Shown: positions 1 through 13,075, numbered from the stretch's first letter. The stretch: DNA of 64,000 bases from an uncultured bacterium (GCA_963741515.1 CAVUIA010000004.1:67-64066); one strand, 5' to 3'. Numbers and translations are program-made. The notes: generated from the letters alone by a model not told the origin.

Positions 1-2500
1 AGCTTCTTCGTGATTTCCGTGGCGATGATGTAGAGCGCCACAATCCCTCCCAGCAGCATGAAGAATGAAATCGGCAAGGGTCGGAAATCGAAGAGACGGC
101 CGACCGGGGTGAAAGGCAATGCCAGCGTTGCGACGACGACCAGGAACGTCGCCAGCATCAGGTACTTCCCCGGCCGGCTTCTGAAGAAAGGCTTCCGGCT
201 TCGGATGACGAGCACGATCAGCGAGGCGGAAACCACGGACTCCAGGAACCAGCCGGTGCGGAATTGTTCCGGCGTGGCGTGCAAGACGAACAGCAAGCAC
301 GGCCGAATGTGAGGTAGTCGAACACGGAACTCAGGATGCCGAACGTCAACATGAATTTCCGGATGGCACCGATGTCCCAACGCCGGGGGCGCGCCACCAT
401 TTCGCTGTCCACGTCGTCGGTGGCGATGGTCATCTCCGGGAAATCGGTCATCAGGTTGGTGAGCAGGATCTGCTTCGGCAGCAGCGGGAGAAACGGGAGG
501 AACAGGGATGCGCCGGCCATGCTGAACATGTTTCCGAAATTGGCGCTCGTTGCCATGAACACGTATTTCAGCGTATTGGCGAAGGTGGTTCTGCCCTCCC
601 GCACGCCCTGCACGAGGACCCCGAGGTCCTTTTCGAGCAGGACGATATCCGCCGCCTCCTTGGCGACATCCACGGCGCTTTCCACGGATATGCCGACATC
701 GGCGGCATGAAGCGCTGAAGCGTCGTTGATCCCGTCCCCCATGTAGCCGACGACGTTGCCGGCCTTCTTGAGAGCAAGGATGATGCGCTCTTTCTGATTG
801 GGTTCCACCTCGGCGAAGACATCCACATCGGTCACCTGCCCGAGCAACGCCTCGTCGCTCGTCTCCCGAAGGCGGGGCCCCGTAAGGATTCGCGGTTCCG
901 GGAATCCCACTTCCTTCAGGACATGGGAGGCGACGAGACTGTTGTCTCCGGTGATCATTTTCAGGGAAACTCCCAGGCCCTTCAGGCGGTCGATCGTCTC
1001 GACGATGCCGGGCTTGGGGGGATCGAAGAGCACCAGGAATCCCATAAACGTCATGCCGGCTTCGCTGTCCTTGCCGAGAGGCGCATCGGTAGCCGCCTCC
1101 CTGCAGGCGATCCCCAGCGTGCGAAACCCATTCCCGCTGAACTCTTCGAACCGATGCGAGATCTGTTCCCGGACCGTGGCGATGTCGACGACGGCCTCAC
1201 CGGTGACTTCCGCCGACGAACAGACGGCGAGCACTCCGGGCACCGTGCCCTTGGTCACCATCAGGCCCGCACCGTCGTGGGAGACCAGGATGCTCAATCG
1301 TTTGCGGAGAAAATCGTAAGGGATCTCGTCCCGCTTTTCGTACCCGGCCAGGTCGAACGAACGATGGGTGCGGATGGCTTCGTCGATCGGATTCGTAAAG
1401 CCGGTTTCGTAAAACGCATTGAGATATGCGTGGAAAAGAACCTTCTCGCTGGGAACGCCCTCCACATCGACGGCGGAATGCAAACGCACGGTCCCTTCGG
1501 TGAGGGTGCCGGTCTTGTCGGAACAGAGGATATTCATGCTGCCGAAGTTTTCGATGGAGGCAAGGCGTTTGACGATCACCTTCTCGTTCGCCATGCGTTT
1601 GGCTCCATGGGCCAGATTGATGCTGATGATCGCCGGCAGCAGCTGCGGAGTGAGCCCGACGGCGAGCGCAAGGGAAAAGAGAAAAGAGTCCAGGACCGGG
1701 CGTGCCAGGTAAACGTTGGCGGCAAAGATGGCGATCACCAGCAGCAGCGTCACTTCCATTAGGAAATACCCGAATCGCCGGACGCCGCGCTCGAATTCGG
1801 TTTCCTGCGGCCTGAGGGTCAGCCGGTCGGACACTTTGCCGAACTCGGTCTCCTTTCCCGTCAGGACGACAATCGCCTTTCCGCTGCCGCTGATCACGTG
1901 CGTCCCCATCCATAAAGCGTTTGTACGCTTCGCGAGAGGCGTTTCCGCGGCCACTGCCGCATCGGATTTATCCACGGGGTAGGTCTCGCCCGTCAGGGTT
2001 GCCTCGTCGATGAAGAGATCCCTGGAATCCAGGATCAGGCAGTCTCCCGGGATGACGTCTCCCGCGTTCAGGACGACCACGTCCCCCGGGACGATCCGTT
2101 CGACAGGGATCTCCACCGGGGACTTATCCCGGATTGCCATGGCCTTGATCTGCACGATCGCCAGCAGCCTAGCAACCGCATTCGCCGCGCCTCTCTCCTG
2201 CCAGAACCCGAGTAGGCCGCTTGCGAGGACAATGGCAAGAATGATCGAGGCGTCGACGGGATCGTGGAGGAAGAACGACATTCCCGTTGCGAAGAGAAGG
2301 ATGAGGATGATCGGACTCTTGAATTGGGAAACCAAAAGCGTAAACGGATCGGACTTCTTCCCAGGCTTCAGAAGATTCGCCCCGTAGCGTGCGAGTCGCT
2401 GCAGGGCTTCCTCGCCGGACAAACCTTCCGGTGTCGACCGGAGCTGCAGAAGCAGCTCGGAGGCGGGAACGCTCCAAAACCCGGGCGGCTGCCGACTCAT
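1..2500 (-). CDS. cation-transporting P-type ATPase (MgtA-like); 3' end runs off the window edge; frame breaks near 300-330
   Basis: DKTGTLT phosphorylation motif and GDGINDASAL hinge motif in ORF 218-2530. The expected C-terminal TM segments (LHATPEQFRTGWFLESVVSASLIVLVIR...) are encoded in a different frame in 1-300. ATG at 2500; the ORF-table start at 2530 is TTG. Confidence 0.85.
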
Positions 2501-2587
2501 GCCGTTATTATCCGTCCGAACTACCGGCAACGTATACTGTCATCAGGACGCGCTACATGGAAGAATCTTTACCTCCGGAGGGCAAAA

Positions 2588-4060
2588 ATGGACGCACGCC
2601 GCCAACGCGCCACGCTGCAACGGATTGCCCGCCTTGCGATGCTCGAACGCGGCATGCTGCCGGATTTCTCCGCCGGGGCGCTGGAAGAACTTGCCCGGAT
2701 GACGGACCCTCAGAAGGGCGGGAACGGCAAGGTCGCGGATCTTCGGAACCTCCCTTGGGCTTCGATCGACAACGACGACTCCCGCGACCTGGACCAGCTC
2801 ACCGTCGCGGAGACTCTTCCGGGCGGTCGAGATCGAAGATCCGCGTCGCCGTCGCCGACGTGGACGCCCTCGTGAAAAAAGGCTCGGCGATCGACGAGCA
2901 CGCGCGGCAGAACACCACCTCGGTCTATACCGCGGCGGAGATCTTCCCGATGCTCCCCGAGAAGCTGTCGACCGATCTCACGTCGCTGGACTTCCAGGAA
3001 GACCGCCCGGCCATCGTCATCGAGATGCTGATCGGCGAGGACGGCTCGCTTCGCGGGTCGGACATCTACGGGGCGACGGTCCGCAACCAGGCGAAGCTGG
3101 CCTACAACGGCGTGGCGGCCTGGCTGGAGGGGACAGGGGCCGATGCCGGAGCCGATCGCGGCTGTCGAGGGGCTCGACGATGAACCTCAGGGCCCAGGAC
3201 CTCGTCGGCGCAGAAGCTGCAAGTTGTTCCGGCACGAGCACGGGGCGCTGGACCTGGAAACGATCGAGGCGCGTCCGGTATTCGACGACGACGAGATCCG
3301 GGATCTCCAGGTCGAAAGGAAAAACCGGGCCAAGGACCTCATCGAGGATTTCATGATCGCGGCGAACGGGGTGACGGCGCGCTTCCTCATGGCGCCGGAA
3401 ATTTCCCTCCCTGCGGCGGGTGGTCCGTTCCCCGGAACGATGGGAGCGGATCGTCGAGGTGGCCTCCCAGTACGATGTTCATCTTCCGGCGGAGCCCGAC
3501 GCGGTGGCGCTGGCGAATTTCCTGGCTCTCCGCAAGGCCGCCGACCCTCTCCGCTTCCCCGATCTCTCCCTCACGTCATCAAGCTGCTGGGGCGCGGGGA
3601 ATACGTCGTCGAATTTCCGGAAGAGGTCGCCCTCGGGCACTTCGGGCTCGCGGTCCGGGACTACACGCACTCCACCGCCCCGAACCGCCGCTACCCCGAC
3701 CTCATCACCCAACGGCTGCTGAAGGCCGCGCTGTCGGGATCCTCTCAGCCCTACGGAAGGGAGGAACTTGCGGAGCTGGCCCGCCACTGCACCTTGAAGG
3801 AAAACGACGCGGACAAGGTGGAACGGCAGGTCGGGAAGTCGGCGGCGGCCATGCTGCTCGAATCGAGGATCGGGGAACAGTTCGACGCGATCGTCACCGG
3901 CGCCTCGGAAAAAGGGACATGGGTCCGTCTTCTGCACCCCCCCGTGGAGGGAAAGCTGATCCACGGGTTCGAAGGCGCCGACGTGGGCCACCAGGTCCGC
4001 GTGCAGCTGGTCCACACGAACGTCGATCGGGGGTACATCGACTTCAAGAAGGTCGGCTGA
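2588..4060 (+). CDS. RNase II/R-family 3'-5' exoribonuclease (RNB + S1 domains); frame broken at least 4 times
   Basis: RNB catalytic motif IDNDDSRDLDQ and HFGLAVRDYTHSTAPNRRYPDLITQRLLKA, plus a C-terminal S1-like domain. The protein is spread over ORFs 2264-2875, 2389-3183, 3143-4060 and 3420-3722 in different frames. Confidence 0.6.
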
Positions 4061-4261
4061 CCGGTCCACCCGGAACTTGATCGCTTCGACCGGATCGGGC
4101 AGGTCGAGCGGATAGTGTTTCCGCTCGTAGGCCTCGAGCAGCGTGACGAGAACATCGAGCCGATCGCCTTTAGCGGTGTTCGGAGCGGCGTCTATGAGGG
4201 ACTCGATTTCCTTCAGCGTCCGGCGGTAGTCCGTCTTGGTCCGGACGGGTTTGATTTTCAT
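4059..4261 (-). pseudogene. higA: higA-like antitoxin, N-terminal part only; the HTH domain is missing
   Basis: MKIKPVRTKTDYRRTLKEIESLIDAAPNTAKGDRLDVLVTLLEAYERKHYPLDLPDPVEAIKF matches the HigA-family N-terminal region. A GGGAGG RBS sits 13 nt after the higB stop. HigA similarity ends exactly where the convergent RNase II gene stops (TGA at 4058-4060). Confidence 0.55.
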
Positions 4262-4275
4262 GGCTTTTCCTCCCT

Positions 4276-4578
4276 TCACACCGTTTGCGCGTCGATCTCG
4301 TCGTACTCCGCATATGTCCCGATGAACCGGATAAAGACGACCCGGTACGGGTAATTGATCCATGCGACGATCCGAAACTTGTTCCCGGCGATGTTGAAGA
4401 CCACCCTTCCGCCCTTAAGAAAACTGGCTTTCGCGAAGTCGGCCTTCACGTCCGCCGGGGAGGCCTAGTCCGCCTTCAATACATGCCGGTACCACGACAG
4501 GGTCGGTTCGCGGGCATCCATGTTCGACGAGTCATCCTCCCAGACCTTTTTCAGCGTTGAAAGGGCGATGACCCGCAT
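4276..4578 (-). pseudogene. higB: HigB/RelE-family toxin with an in-frame TAG at a conserved Trp codon
   Basis: Translation MRVIALSTLKKVWEDDSSNMDAREPTLSWYRHVLKAD*ASPADVKADFAKASFLKGGRVVFNIAGNKFRIVAWINYPYRVVFIRFIGTYAEYDEIDAQTV. The amber codon is plus-strand cta at 4465-4467. Homologues have W (AEW) at this position. Confidence 0.65.
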
Positions 4579-4688
4579 GAGAGGAGTTAGGTCCCATTTG
4601 GGGACTAACGCAAGTTTTGGGGGAGGCGGTGGGAATCGGGTTCCTCCGGGTTCCATCTTTCCTTCATTGCTGTGGATAAAAATAGCGA

Positions 4689-4719
4689 TTGACTGCAAGT
4701 GAGAACTATTCCTATATTG
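4689..4719 (+). promoter_or_regulatory. putative sigma70-type promoter (TTGACT ... TATATT) with flanking GAACTAT direct repeats, upstream of the Fur-family gene
   Basis: ttgact at 4689-4694 and tatatt at 4714-4719. gaactat occurs at 4703 and 4719. Spacing implies a short or leaderless transcript. Confidence 0.35.
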
Positions 4720-4724
4720 GAACT

Positions 4725-5159
4725 ATGCCGATGGAACGGGGAGAAGCGGAAAAGATCCTGCGCGAGCAGGGAACGAGGGTCACCCCGCAGCGGGTGGCGA
4801 TCCTCCGGGCCGTGGAGAGTTCCGGCAGCCATCCCGACGCCGATGCCGTCTACAGGCAGGTTGCCATGGAGCATCCGCACATCTCGCGGGATACGGTCTA
4901 CCGGACCCTTTCCATGATGGAAGAGAAAAAGATCATCGGGTCGGTCCTGTCCGTCGGGCACTCGAAAAGGTACGACCCGATCACCTCCAGGCACCACCAC
5001 CTGGTCTGCATCCGGTGCAGGAAAATACTGGATTTCAACTCGAAGGAGTTCGACCGCCTGGATCCTCCGGCAAGCATGGTCTCCCGGTTCCAGGTGCTGC
5101 GAACGACCGTGCAGGTGGAAGGATTGTGCGAGGAATGCCGGAACGGAAAGAAGCCGTAG
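4725..5159 (+). CDS. Fur-family transcriptional regulator, likely peroxide-responsive (PerR-like) given the adjacent katG
   Basis: Fur-family fold. HHHLVCIRCRKILDF ... C-x-x-C (CEEC) metal sites. Confidence 0.8.
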   Translation: MPMERGEAEKILREQGTRVTPQRVAILRAVESSGSHPDADAVYRQVAMEHPHISRDTVYRTLSMMEEKKIIGSVLSVGHSKRYDPITSRHHHLVCIRCRKILDFNSKEFDRLDPPASMVSRFQVLRTTVQVEGLCEECRNGKKP

Positions 5160-5249
5160 GAAGGCATATTTTTTTCTTTGCATATAGGAAAGGGTCCGAT
5201 TTAGGTAGGTATCCGATATCCGTTCAAGGAGGTGATTTCGATAAAATGA

Positions 5250-7517
<2,268 letters not shown>

Positions 7518-7567
7518 GCGCAAGGCGTAAACCCCGCCGCAACGAGCTAAGGCGGGGCGTGGCAACA

Positions 7568-7602
7568 GCCGCCGGGGCGTGCGTCCCGGCGGCTTTTTCT
7601 TT
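7568..7602 (+). terminator. rho-independent terminator after katG
   Basis: Perfect 9-bp stem gccgccggg/cccggcggc with an 8-nt loop, followed by tttttcttt. Confidence 0.6.
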
Positions 7603-7707
7603 GGTCCGGAGGGCAGGGCAGTGCTAAAATAATAGTCTAGTAATTCGCTTTACTTACTAAAGTGTACGGTGTTAATCACTCCCTTCAGGCGGATTGGGAG
7701 CTGGAAG

Positions 7708-8148
7708 ATGAAGATGTCGACCAAAGGAAGGTACGGGCTTCGCGTGATGGCGGAGCTTGCCGGCCGCTACGGCCAAGGTCCGATCTCCGCCGATGTCATC
7801 GCCAGGAACCAGGACATTTCAGGAAAGTATATCCACCTGCTCGTGGTGGTTCTTCGGTCCGCGGGGCTCGTTCGCAGCGTGCGCGGGCCGGGCGGTGGAT
7901 ACGAGCTGGCCAGGAAACCCTCATCGATAACGGCGCTCGATGTGGTCTCGGCGCTCGAAGGAAGCAGCGCGCCGGCCGAATGCGTCACCGACGCAACGTA
8001 TTGCCCGCGGGCAGGCCGCTGCGCGACCCGCGACGTCTGGCGCGATGTCTCCTCCGCGATCGACGGCGTGTTGTCCGGAATCACGCTCGAGCAACTCTCG
8101 GCCAGGCAGCGCGCCAAGTCGGATGAGCGGAGGAACCGTTGTTCCTGA
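7708..8148 (+). CDS. Rrf2-family transcriptional regulator with an Fe-S-type Cys triad
   Basis: MSTKGRYGLRVMAELA ... GGGYELARKP. Cys cluster C-x7-C-x5-C. Confidence 0.85.
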   Translation: MKMSTKGRYGLRVMAELAGRYGQGPISADVIARNQDISGKYIHLLVVVLRSAGLVRSVRGPGGGYELARKPSSITALDVVSALEGSSAPAECVTDATYCPRAGRCATRDVWRDVSSAIDGVLSGITLEQLSARQRAKSDERRNRCS

Positions 8149-8161
8149 GGAGGAGAATACG

Positions 8162-9079
8162 ATGATTTCCGTTGCAGACGCCGATATTTGGGACCGGATC
8201 CGGGAGGAAGCCGAGCGGGATGTTCAGTGCGAGCCGGCGCTCGCGAGCTTTCTCCACACGGTTATCCTCAGCCATCCCCGGCTCGAGGATTCGCTCAGCT
8301 ACATCCTGGCCAGCAAGCTTGGCAGCCCCACGGTCACCTCTCTCACGTTGCGCAACTTCATGGATAACGTGTTTTCCTCGGACCCCGCGGTCGGGGCCGC
8401 GGTTCGCGCGGATCTCCAGGCGGTGGTGACCCGGGATCCGGCGTGCCGCGGGTATTCGGTCCCCCTTCTCTACTTCAAGGGTTTCCACGCGCTGCAGGCA
8501 TACCGCGTGGCTCACCACTACTGGGCGAACGATCGCAAGCCGCTCGCGCTCTACATGCAAAGCAGGATCTCGGAGGTCTTCGCCGTCGACATCCACCCCG
8601 GCGCGCGGATCGGCAAGGGTATCCTCTTCGACCACGCAACCAGCATCGTGGTCGGAGAGACCGCCGTGATCGACGACGATTTCTCGATGCTTCACGAGGT
8701 GACGCTCGGCGGGACGGGCAAGGAATCCGGAGACAGGCACCCCAAAATCCGCCGGGGCGTGATGATCGGCGCCGGGGCAAAGGTCCTGGGGAACATCATC
8801 ATCGGGGAAGGCGCCAAGATCGGCGCGGGCAGCGTCGTTCTGGAAGACGTGCCCCCGCATTGCACCGTCGCCGGCGTCCCCGCGAGGCGGGTCGGCCGCG
8901 CGCCGCATGACCTCCCGGCCCTGGAAATGGACCAGTCGCTCGGCCGCGCCCAGAGGAGCTGCGAGTTCGTCCCCATCTGCCCGAAGGAACGGCCGGACGG
9001 CGACGGCCCTCCGTGCGAATGCGACGAAGCGGGCAGCCGGGCCCTTGTTGGACAGGCCGGGGATTCCCGCCCCGGCTGA
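8162..9079 (+). CDS. cysE: serine O-acetyltransferase CysE with an unusual Cys-rich C-terminal extension
   Basis: Hexapeptide-repeat region DIHPGARIGKGILFDHATSIVVGETAVIDDD...GAGAKVLGNIIIGEGAKIGAGSVV. Roughly 55 extra C-terminal residues containing C-x5-C-x12-C-x-C. Confidence 0.85.
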   Translation: MISVADADIWDRIREEAERDVQCEPALASFLHTVILSHPRLEDSLSYILASKLGSPTVTSLTLRNFMDNVFSSDPAVGAAVRADLQAVVTRDPACRGYSVPLLYFKGFHALQAYRVAHHYWANDRKPLALYMQSRISEVFAVDIHPGARIGKGILFDHATSIVVGETAVIDDDFSMLHEVTLGGTGKESGDRHPKIRRGVMIGAGAKVLGNIIIGEGAKIGAGSVVLEDVPPHCTVAGVPARRVGRAPHDLPALEMDQSLGRAQRSCEFVPICPKERPDGDGPPCECDEAGSRALVGQAGDSRPG

Positions 9080-9102
9080 TGGAGCACGGAAAAGGGGGGC
9101 GC

Positions 9103-10281
9103 ATGAAAACGGACCGGAAGCTGGATACGATCATCGCGCAGGCGGGGGTGGGGGCGGACAAGGCGTACGGCGCCGTCAGCGCCCCGATCTACACGGCAGC
9201 CATCTACCGGTACGACCGTTTCGGGGAAAACCGCGGGTTCGATTACTCCCGGGGGGAGAACCCGACGCGCCAGGCGGCCGAAAAAGCGCTCGCCGAGCTC
9301 GAAGGAGGGATCCGCGCCGTCGCCTTCTCTTCCGGGATGGCGGCGATCTCCGCCCTGATGACCCTCTTCCGGACGGGAGACCACATCCTCTGTTCCGACG
9401 ATCTCTACGGCGGCACGTACCGGCTGTTCGAAAAGCTCCTGCGCCCCTACGGCCTCTCCTTCGATTATGTGGATATGGGGAATCCGGCCGCGGTGACGGA
9501 AAAAATCGGCGCAACCACGAAGGCGCTGTTCGTCGAGACGCCGACGAACCCGCTGATGAAGATCGCCGACCTGAAGGAAACCGCGCGGATCGGCCGCGGG
9601 AAAGGGCTTCTGACCGTCGTGGACAACACGTTCATGTCCCCCCTTCTCCAGCGTCCTCTGGAACTGGGGATCGACGTCGTGGTCCACAGCGCCACCAAGT
9701 TCCTGGGGGGGCACAACGACCTGATCGGCGGAACGGTCGTCACGACGAACGCGGCGGCGGCGGAAAAAATCGCCTTCGCCCAGAAGGCCATCGGGGCGAT
9801 CCCCTCCCCGTTCGACTGCTGGCTCCTCCTCCGGGGGATCAAGACGCTCGCCGTCCGGGCGACACGCGCCCAGGAGAGCGCGGGGATCCTTGCGAATTTC
9901 CTGTCGGGACACCCCGGCGTCGGGAAAATATATTATCCGGGCCTTCCGGACCACCCCCGGAGGGAACTGCATTTCTCGCAGGCCTCGGGCGCCGGCTCGA
10001 TCATCTCGTTCGAGCTGAAACGGGAAAAAGCCGTCCCGGCCTTCCTGAGCGCGTTGAAAACCATCCTGCTCGCGGAGAGCCTCGGCGGGGTCGAATCGCT
10101 CATCACGCACCCTTCCACGATGACCCATGCCGATATTCCCCTCGAGGAGCAGGCCGCGGTCGGGCTCACCCCCGCCCTGGTCCGTCTCTCCGTGGGGCTC
10201 GAAGACCCGGGCGACCTGCGGGACGATCTTTCCCAGGCATTCGAGGCAATTCCGGAAGGTGCGGATCCCGTCGGGAGCTGA
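9103..10281 (+). CDS. PLP-dependent cystathionine gamma-synthase/beta-lyase family enzyme (trans-sulfuration)
   Basis: Cys/Met-metabolism PLP fold. HSATKFLGGHND PLP-lysine motif. About 393 aa. Confidence 0.85.
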   Translation: MKTDRKLDTIIAQAGVGADKAYGAVSAPIYTAAIYRYDRFGENRGFDYSRGENPTRQAAEKALAELEGGIRAVAFSSGMAAISALMTLFRTGDHILCSDDLYGGTYRLFEKLLRPYGLSFDYVDMGNPAAVTEKIGATTKALFVETPTNPLMKIADLKETARIGRGKGLLTVVDNTFMSPLLQRPLELGIDVVVHSATKFLGGHNDLIGGTVVTTNAAAAEKIAFAQKAIGAIPSPFDCWLLLRGIKTLAVRATRAQESAGILANFLSGHPGVGKIYYPGLPDHPRRELHFSQASGAGSIISFELKREKAVPAFLSALKTILLAESLGGVESLITHPSTMTHADIPLEEQAAVGLTPALVRLSVGLEDPGDLRDDLSQAFEAIPEGADPVGS

Positions 10282-10307
10282 CCCGTTGCCGGCAGGGCGG
10301 ATTACAT

Positions 10308-10332
10308 ATATCCTATATGAGTAGTAGGATAT
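10308..10332. promoter_or_regulatory. perfect 8-9-8 palindrome ATATCCTA-N9-TAGGATAT; candidate Rrf2 operator
   Basis: Read directly from the sequence. Located 26 bp upstream of the Rrf2 start at 10358. Confidence 0.55.
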
Positions 10333-10357
10333 CTAAAAAGCCTTTACCGGAGAGCGA

Positions 10358-10810
10358 ATGCGACTGTCGAAGAAGACCGAGTACGCGCTTCGCGCCCTGA
10401 TCTTCGCCGCCCGGTTCCCCGCCGGGACCACCCTCCAGACCCGGGACCTTGCGGAGAAGAACGGAATCCCGAAGAAGTTCCTCGAACTCATCCTCCTCGA
10501 GCTGAAGAACGCCGGAATTCTCTCGAGCCGGCGCGGAGTCGGAGGAGGGTACTTCCTCGCGCGGCCGCCGGAGACGATCCGGACCGTGGAGGTCCTTGAG
10601 GTATTCGAGGAACCTATCGTGGCCGTCGAGCCGAAGAAACGCTCCGGGAAAACGATCCCCGAAGACGTTTCCCCGGCATTGACGCGGCTGTCCGCGGAGG
10701 CGTCCGGGGCGGCGGCCGAGGTGCTTTCGCGCTGGACCCTTCAGGACCTCGTCCGGGAGGAGGACGAGGCGATGGAGAGGCGGCGCGGCGACACGATGTA
10801 CTTCATCTGA
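10358..10810 (+). CDS. Rrf2-family transcriptional regulator without Cys ligands (CymR-like apo type)
   Basis: MRLSKKTEYALRALIFAA ... GVGGGYFLARPPE. The C-terminal half has no cysteine triad. Confidence 0.85.
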   Translation: MRLSKKTEYALRALIFAARFPAGTTLQTRDLAEKNGIPKKFLELILLELKNAGILSSRRGVGGGYFLARPPETIRTVEVLEVFEEPIVAVEPKKRSGKTIPEDVSPALTRLSAEASGAAAEVLSRWTLQDLVREEDEAMERRRGDTMYFI

Positions 10811-10823
10811 ACGACCCGCCGTC

Positions 10824-12113
10824 TTAGAGGGAAGCCAGGCTCTTGTCGATGTCGGCGAGGATGTCCTCGATGTTCTCGAGGCCGATCGACAGGCGGACCA
10901 GGTCGGGGGAGAGCCCTCCTTCCAGCTGCTGCTCCTCGGAGAGCTGCGAATGGGAGGTCGAGGCCGGATGGAGCGCCAGCGACTTGGCGTCCCCGACGTT
11001 CGCCAGGTGGGAGAACAGGGTCAGCCCCTCGATGAACTTCTCCCCCGCGGCGCGCCCTCCCTTGGGCCCGAAGACCACCATGCCGCCGAACCCCTTCTTG
11101 AGGTACCTGGAGGCCACGGGATAGGTCGGGTCGCCCGGCAGGCCGGGATAGCGCACCCAGGCCACCTTGGGGTGCCTGGAGAGGTGCTCGGCCACCTTCA
11201 GCGCGTTGGCCGAGTGCAGCGGCATGCGGACGTGCAGGGTCTCCGCTCCCTGAAGGAAGATCCAGGCGTTGTCCGGCGAAAGGCAGGCGCCCAGGTTCCG
11301 CAGCGGCACCGTGCGGAAGCGCAGCGCGAAGGCGATCTTCCGCAGCTCGGGCGGCAGGTCGATGGCCCAGCGAAGGCCGTGGTAGTTCTTGTCCGGTTTC
11401 GTGAACAGCGCGAACTTGGGATCCGACCAGTCGAAGGTGCCCGCGTCCGTGACGATGCCGCCGATGGCCGCCCCGTGGCCGCCCAGCCACTTGGTCAGGG
11501 AGTTGACGACGATGTCGGCCCCGTGCTCGATGGCGCGGAACAGGTAGGGCGTGGTGAAGGTGGCGTCCACGATGAGCGGGACCTTGTGCTTCCTGGCGAT
11601 CCTGGAAATGGCGTCGATGTCCGTGAAGTCCAGCACGGGATTGCCGATGGTCTCGATGTAGATGCCCCGGGTCCTCTCGTTGATGAGCTTCTCGAAGCTG
11701 GAGGGGTCCTTGTGGTCGGCGAAGCTCACCGTGATCCCCAGATCCGGCAGGATGGCGTCGAACATCGTGTAGGAGCCGCCGTACAGGTTGGCGGCGGACA
11801 CGATCTCGTCCCCGGCCTTGGCGATGGTGATGATCGTGTTGAAGATGGCCGCCGTGCCCGAGGCGACGGCCACGGAGGCCGCCCCGCCCTCCATCTCGGT
11901 GATCCGGTTCTCCAGGATCTCGTTGGTCGGGTTCATCATCCGGCTGTAGATGTTGCCGAACTCCTTCAGGGCGAAGAGGTCGGCCGCATGCTTGGCGCTC
12001 TTGAACACGAAGGACGAGGTCCGGTAGACGGGCACCCCGCGGGAGAGCGTGGTGGGATCGGGGCTGTGGCCGCCTTGTACCGCCTGCGTCTCGATGTGTT
12101 TGCTGCTTGCCAT
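10824..12113 (-). CDS. metY: O-acetylhomoserine sulfhydrylase (MetY/OAH sulfhydrylase)
   Basis: [20 protein letters not shown]...[19 protein letters not shown]-lysine motif. About 429 aa. This is the in-frame C-terminal part of ORF 10824-13082. Confidence 0.85.
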   Translation of the reverse strand: MASSKHIETQAVQGGHSPDPTTLSRGVPVYRTSSFVFKSAKHAADLFALKEFGNIYSRMMNPTNEILENRITEMEGGAASVAVASGTAAIFNTIITIAKAGDEIVSAANLYGGSYTMFDAILPDLGITVSFADHKDPSSFEKLINERTRGIYIETIGNPVLDFTDIDAISRIARKHKVPLIVDATFTTPYLFRAIEHGADIVVNSLTKWLGGHGAAIGGIVTDAGTFDWSDPKFALFTKPDKNYHGLRWAIDLPPELRKIAFALRFRTVPLRNLGACLSPDNAWIFLQGAETLHVRMPLHSANALKVAEHLSRHPKVAWVRYPGLPGDPTYPVASRYLKKGFGGMVVFGPKGGRAAGEKFIEGLTLFSHLANVGDAKSLALHPASTSHSQLSEEQQLEGGLSPDLVRLSIGLENIEDILADIDKSLASL

Positions 12114-12144
12114 GATGCGCTCCTTGGTCCGCTTGATTGTGGGT

Positions 12145-13075
12145 CTATATGGCGTCGTCGAAGAGCCAGGTGGAGAGGTACCGTCTCCCCGTTGGACGGC
12201 AGGATCACGACGATGTTCTTTCCCTCGTTCTCCGGGCGTTTGGAGAGCTCCAGCGCCGCCCAGAGGGCCGCGCCCGAGGAGATGCCCACCAGGATGCCTT
12301 CCTCCCGCGCCACGCGGCGGGCAATGTCGCCGGCGCTCGGGGCCGAGACCTTGATGATCTCGTCGATGATGCCCGTATTGAGCACGGAGGGCACGAACCC
12401 GGCCCCGATGCCCTGAAGCTTGTGCGGTCCCGGCGGTCCGCCGGAAAGCACCGGAGAGCTGTCGGGCTCCACCGCCACCACCTTGAACCCCGGCTTTCTC
12501 TTCTTGAGGACCTCGCCGACGCCGGTCAGGGTGCCGCCGGTGCCGACTCCGGACACCAGGATGTCCGCCGTGCCGTCGGTGTCGGCCCAGATCTCCTCCG
12601 CCGTCGTCGCGCGATGGGCCGCCGGGTTGGCGGGGTTGTCGAACTGCATGGGAAAGAACCAGTCGGGGTTGGCCAGGGCCAATTCCTCGGCCTTGGCGAT
12701 GGCGCCCTTCATGCCCTTGGCGCCTTCGGTGAGCACGAGCTTCGCCCCATAGGCGGCCAGCAGCTTGCGCCGCTCGACGCTCATCGTCTCGGGCATGGTG
12801 AACACCGCATGGTATCCCTTGGCGGCGGCGACCGCGGCCAGGGCGATGCCGGTGTTGCCCGAGGTCGGCTCCACGAGGGTGGAGCCGGCTTTGAGCTTCC
12901 CTTCCTTTTCGGCCGCCTCGATCATCGACAGCGCGATGCGGTCCTTCACCGAGCCGAAGGGATTTTGTCCCTCCAGCTTCGCGTAGATATTCGCCTTGCC
13001 TTCCGCGTTCAGCTTCCGGATCCGGACCAGCGGGGTCCCGCCGATCGTTTCCGTGATCCTCTCGTACACCTTCAT
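12145..13075 (-). CDS. cysK: cysteine synthase A (O-acetylserine sulfhydrylase) CysK; 1-nt frame shift near 12183
   Basis: [17 protein letters not shown] ... GSVKDR PLP-lysine motif ... GTGGT. The expected C-terminus [12 protein letters not shown] is found in a neighbouring frame, ending TAG at 12145-12147. Confidence 0.85.
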
